Of a stretch of DNA of 64,000 bases, positions 61,031-64,000 are shown one piece after another. Origin of the DNA: Bacteroidales bacterium. Lineage in GTDB: Bacteria > Bacteroidota > Bacteroidia > Bacteroidales > UBA10428. Below the pieces are notes generated by a model. That model ran no database searches. It was not told where the DNA came from and saw only the letters and a list, made by a program, of their open reading frames with translations. Where the stretch lies: the NCBI GenBank assembly GCA_046481675.1, contig JAWOJJ010000102.1, positions 44,094 through 108,093 on the forward strand, in the 5' to 3' direction. The position numbers were made by a program, and so were the translations under genes. Every line of letters begins with the position of its first letter. Position 1 is the first letter of the stretch.

Positions 61031-62719
61031 TTAATTAACATCCCAGAAAACAGGGTAGTTCGCAGGAACTTTTTGTGCCGGAGAGTTGGGGTTTTTACCC
61101 AGATCATCCTGCCCCCATGGGAGCGACAGCGGATAAGCATTAATCAACTGCACAGGAATCATTTCAGGATCTGCGCCTACATTAGGGCCATCAGGCGATT
61201 CAACTAACTTATCTGGCGCCTGGCTTGGATTATTGGGATCGAAAACTACCGGGTAACCTGTTCTGCGATAGTCAGACCATTGATCTACATTACTGCCGAA
61301 ACTGGCAATCCATTTCTGGGTCATAATAATCTCCAGTCTCTTGCTATCATCAGCAGCAGCGTCGTATTTGGTAAGAATAGCTTTTATATAGGTTGTATCT
61401 TGCCGGGTCGTGGAAAACAAAGGAACACTTGTCTGTGCCTGTACAGCTTTAGCAGGTTGAGTAAGTTCTACGACATGATCAACCAAAGCAAAAGATGCAC
61501 TCATAGCATCTTCAAGAAGTTCCCTGGCGTCACCTGCCACCACATTTGTATTTACCAGTTCGGCTTCCATGTACAATCTGTCAGCATAAGTAATAAAACG
61601 ATAAGGTGCAGCACCTGTACAAAAGTCTCCTGTTACTTTTTTAGCTCCCCCGTCATCATACCTGCCACCTACAGGAAAAAGCCCCAGAACAGTCATGGAT
61701 CCATCAGTAGAATGGTCACGGTTTCTTCCGATAGAACCAAAGTAAATACTTACAAAACCTCCATCGCGATATTCAGTCGGGTTGCCTTCTCTGCTATCCT
61801 GGCCAGCTTTAAGCTGATTATAGAAATAATAAGGAATCCTTGGATCGGTAATACCTGTGAAAATGTTAGGATTCTGTCCTTTCATGATCCTGTAAAACCA
61901 GGGGCTGATATAATAGCTTCTCTGTGTGGCTTCATACTCACCACTGCCGGGATTTCTGTTATCAGGGGTCTTCGATACTCCATAGGGAAGTTCAAAATTG
62001 AAATCTTCAGTGATCAGCTGATCACCGGAAAGTAGCTCATTAATGCTGGTTGCAACATCATTAACAAGGCGTGTCTGAGTCAGGAGTTTCAGTTTAATTG
62101 TATTGGCTGTGCGAATCCATTTGTCAACATCTCCTCCGTAGATCACGTCATCATCAGCAGGAACAAAAAGATTTCTGGCTTCTGTATCGTTCAGGTCAGC
62201 TATTGCATCATCCAGCAAACTCAGTAACTGGGGATAGATCTGTGCGCCCTGATCATATACAGGATAAAGAATTTCGGGAACCCTATTGGCTTCAGTAAAT
62301 GGAACATCTGCATACACGTCAACCAACTGGCTGAAAGCATAGGCCTTCATTATTTTGGCAATCCCCGCATAAAGCAGATCTCCGTTTTCTTCACCTTGAC
62401 GAATGATCAACTCTAAATCCTGTAGTGGACCAGCATATAAATTCGACCAACCTGCATTTGCGTAATAAGAGCCCCCATTAACACCATACTGATCAGGATC
62501 TTCACGCATGGTAATCTGGTGCATATAAACAGCAGCAAAATTCGACAAGCCTCCGTTAATTGACAAAGCATCTCCCAATCCCCACTGACTGTTTGTGAGA
62601 AGTAGAGCAAGCTGAGGCTCAAGCGGATTATTTGGGTCCTTATTAATATCCAGATAATCTTTTGTACATCCGGTTATCAATATCATGAACACTAATAGTA
62701 TTTTGATGATATTTTTCAT
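61031..62719 (-). CDS. susD: SusD/RagB family nutrient-binding outer-membrane lipoprotein
   Basis: Lipobox ILITGC and a TPR-like helical N-terminal half. At 562 aa, it is located directly after a SusC-type gene. Confidence 0.85.
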   Translation of the reverse strand: MKNIIKILLVFMILITGCTKDYLDINKDPNNPLEPQLALLLTNSQWGLGDALSINGGLSNFAAVYMHQITMREDPDQYGVNGGSYYANAGWSNLYAGPLQDLELIIRQGEENGDLLYAGIAKIMKAYAFSQLVDVYADVPFTEANRVPEILYPVYDQGAQIYPQLLSLLDDAIADLNDTEARNLFVPADDDVIYGGDVDKWIRTANTIKLKLLTQTRLVNDVATSINELLSGDQLITEDFNFELPYGVSKTPDNRNPGSGEYEATQRSYYISPWFYRIMKGQNPNIFTGITDPRIPYYFYNQLKAGQDSREGNPTEYRDGGFVSIYFGSIGRNRDHSTDGSMTVLGLFPVGGRYDDGGAKKVTGDFCTGAAPYRFITYADRLYMEAELVNTNVVAGDARELLEDAMSASFALVDHVVELTQPAKAVQAQTSVPLFSTTRQDTTYIKAILTKYDAAADDSKRLEIIMTQKWIASFGSNVDQWSDYRRTGYPVVFDPNNPSQAPDKLVESPDGPNVGADPEMIPVQLINAYPLSLPWGQDDLGKNPNSPAQKVPANYPVFWDVN

Positions 62720-62752
62720 ATGGTTATTTTTAAAATTTTACAGAAACAGCAA

Positions 62753-64000
62753 TTAGAATTTGACCATCAGGTTAACACTGATTCTTCTTGAAGTCGGTGC
62801 ACAGGAAAGATCAAGACCCTGTGTGGTCGTGGATCCAAAGCCATTAATATCGGGATCGAAGTTAGAATACTCAGGTACATTGGGTGCAAAATACCAAAGA
62901 TTTCTTCCTACTAAACTTATGTTAACACCACCGAGCTTAACTTTTTCAACTATTTTCTTGGGCAGGTCATAACCAAGAGATACTTCCCTGAGTCGGTATA
63001 CCGTTCCGTCGTAAATCTGATACTCAGCGGCACCGTTAATGGCAAAGGTAGTTTCGTTGCCCCCCGGATAAAAATACAGGTCGTTTGTTGTCACATGTGT
63101 TTTGTTGGTTATCGCATTACCACTTGCATCTGTGTATACTAAACCTTCGTTATTGCCATAAACACCCGGTATAATAACAAAATGCTCACGGTCTTCCGTA
63201 TCTTTGGTAACACCCCGGCCCAGCAATGAACTCAGGGTAACGCTGTATACATCACCGCCCTTTTTCAAATCCCACAAAGCACTAAGTGTAATTCCCTTAA
63301 AGGAAATGGTGTTCGTAATGCCAAGGTTGTAATCGGGATTTGGGTCACCTATGATCTTCTCATCAAGTGCCAGGAAAGGAAAACCTGTAATGGGGTTGAT
63401 GATCAGCCGGCCAGCATCATCGCGCAGGGCATAAGAACCCCTAAAAGCACCGTGAGCGTAGCCAGGTGTAATGGTAGGTGTTACATCAATACCAAGGTCT
63501 TGAACTGGTATCCATTCAACACCACTGGTCAGTTCCAATACTTCGTTTTTGTTTTTGGTAAACGCGGTAAATATGCTCCATTGCAATCCGTTCTGGAGCT
63601 TCACGGGAATTAAGTTGACACCGATTTCAACACCCCTGTTCCGCATTGATCCAAAATTCATAACTGAAGATGTGAAACCACTGGCAGCAGGAATTGGAAC
63701 ACTTGCGATCATATCTTCGGACTCCTTGTTGTACCAGGTAAAGTCGAAAGTGATTCTTGAATCCACAAAATGCAATTCCGAACCCAGCTCAATCTCTTTT
63801 GACATCTCGGGTGTCAGATTTGGGTTTCTTGCCCCGTTTGGAGTATACATGGTAGGCTTATCAAGGAAAGTACTACCAACAACATAAACATTTTGTAGAG
63901 AATAAGGATCTGCATCATTACCTACCTGAGCAAAGCCGGCACGTATTTTACCATAATTCAGGATGTTGTTGTTCATTCCGAATGCGTCCGAAAAAATGAA
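62753..64000 (-). CDS. susC: SusC/RagA family TonB-linked outer-membrane protein, C-terminal part (continues beyond window)
   Basis: Beta-barrel repeats with terminal ...VNLMVKF. The reading frame stays open upstream of the listed Met, from 63977 to the window end. Confidence 0.85.
   Translation of the reverse strand, partial: FIFSDAFGMNNNILNYGKIRAGFAQVGNDADPYSLQNVYVVGSTFLDKPTMYTPNGARNPNLTPEMSKEIELGSELHFVDSRITFDFTWYNKESEDMIASVPIPAASGFTSSVMNFGSMRNRGVEIGVNLIPVKLQNGLQWSIFTAFTKNKNEVLELTSGVEWIPVQDLGIDVTPTITPGYAHGAFRGSYALRDDAGRLIINPITGFPFLALDEKIIGDPNPDYNLGITNTISFKGITLSALWDLKKGGDVYSVTLSSLLGRGVTKDTEDREHFVIIPGVYGNNEGLVYTDASGNAITNKTHVTTNDLYFYPGGNETTFAINGAAEYQIYDGTVYRLREVSLGYDLPKKIVEKVKLGGVNISLVGRNLWYFAPNVPEYSNFDPDINGFGSTTTQGLDLSCAPTSRRISVNLMVKF

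Noticed and set aside
1-64000. tRNA, rRNA, tmRNA, transposase/IS elements and toxin-antitoxin pairs
   Set aside because: I scanned the intergenic regions by eye and found no cloverleaf-like GC-rich segments or T-loop (GGTTCGAAT-type) motifs. No ORF has transposase, recombinase or typical TA-module features. Absence cannot be proven without tRNAscan or Infernal.

Overview
This looks like a chromosomal segment from a Bacteroidota-type genome. Supporting hallmarks are a SusC/SusD pair, ftsK-lolA, rseC-rnfBCDGEA, a small RRM RNA-binding protein and a TTTG/TAnnTTTG-type promoter candidate. About 57 protein genes are called, and nearly all are core functions: the Rnf complex, FtsK, RecG, ClpB, GcvT, GuaA, RNase Z, ribosomal protein S1, a nucleotide-sugar supply operon (ugd-uxs-rfbACD-pgm), SpeA, a tryptophanase-family lyase and ornithine aminotransferase. 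I found no rRNA, tRNA, CRISPR array, transposase or recombinase.

The least ordinary content falls in three groups:
1. At 50.5-53.7 kb, a PAS-class III nucleotidyl cyclase is followed on the same strand by two unassignable genes. The first is a 318-aa two-lobed alpha/beta protein with a poly-acidic tail. The second is a basic 193-aa protein with a duplicated W/G/F motif and a C-terminal HTH. This is my best candidate for an undescribed signalling or defence module, but the case rests on reading the sequences by eye only.
2. A dispersed set of partner-switch and phosphorelay parts has no visible output domain: an Hpt-STAS pair, an orphan SiaB/SiaC-like pair convergent with a 1030-aa ABCG-type transporter carrying extra N-terminal modules, a second STAS gene between rpsA and rnz, and two receiver-only response regulators.
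3. Four intergenic 3'-end regions are filled with structured repeats. These are a 15-unit heptanucleotide tandem array, a 156-bp element bounded by a perfect 20-bp inverted repeat, and two hairpin clusters.

All functional calls come from motifs read in the translations. No database search was possible.
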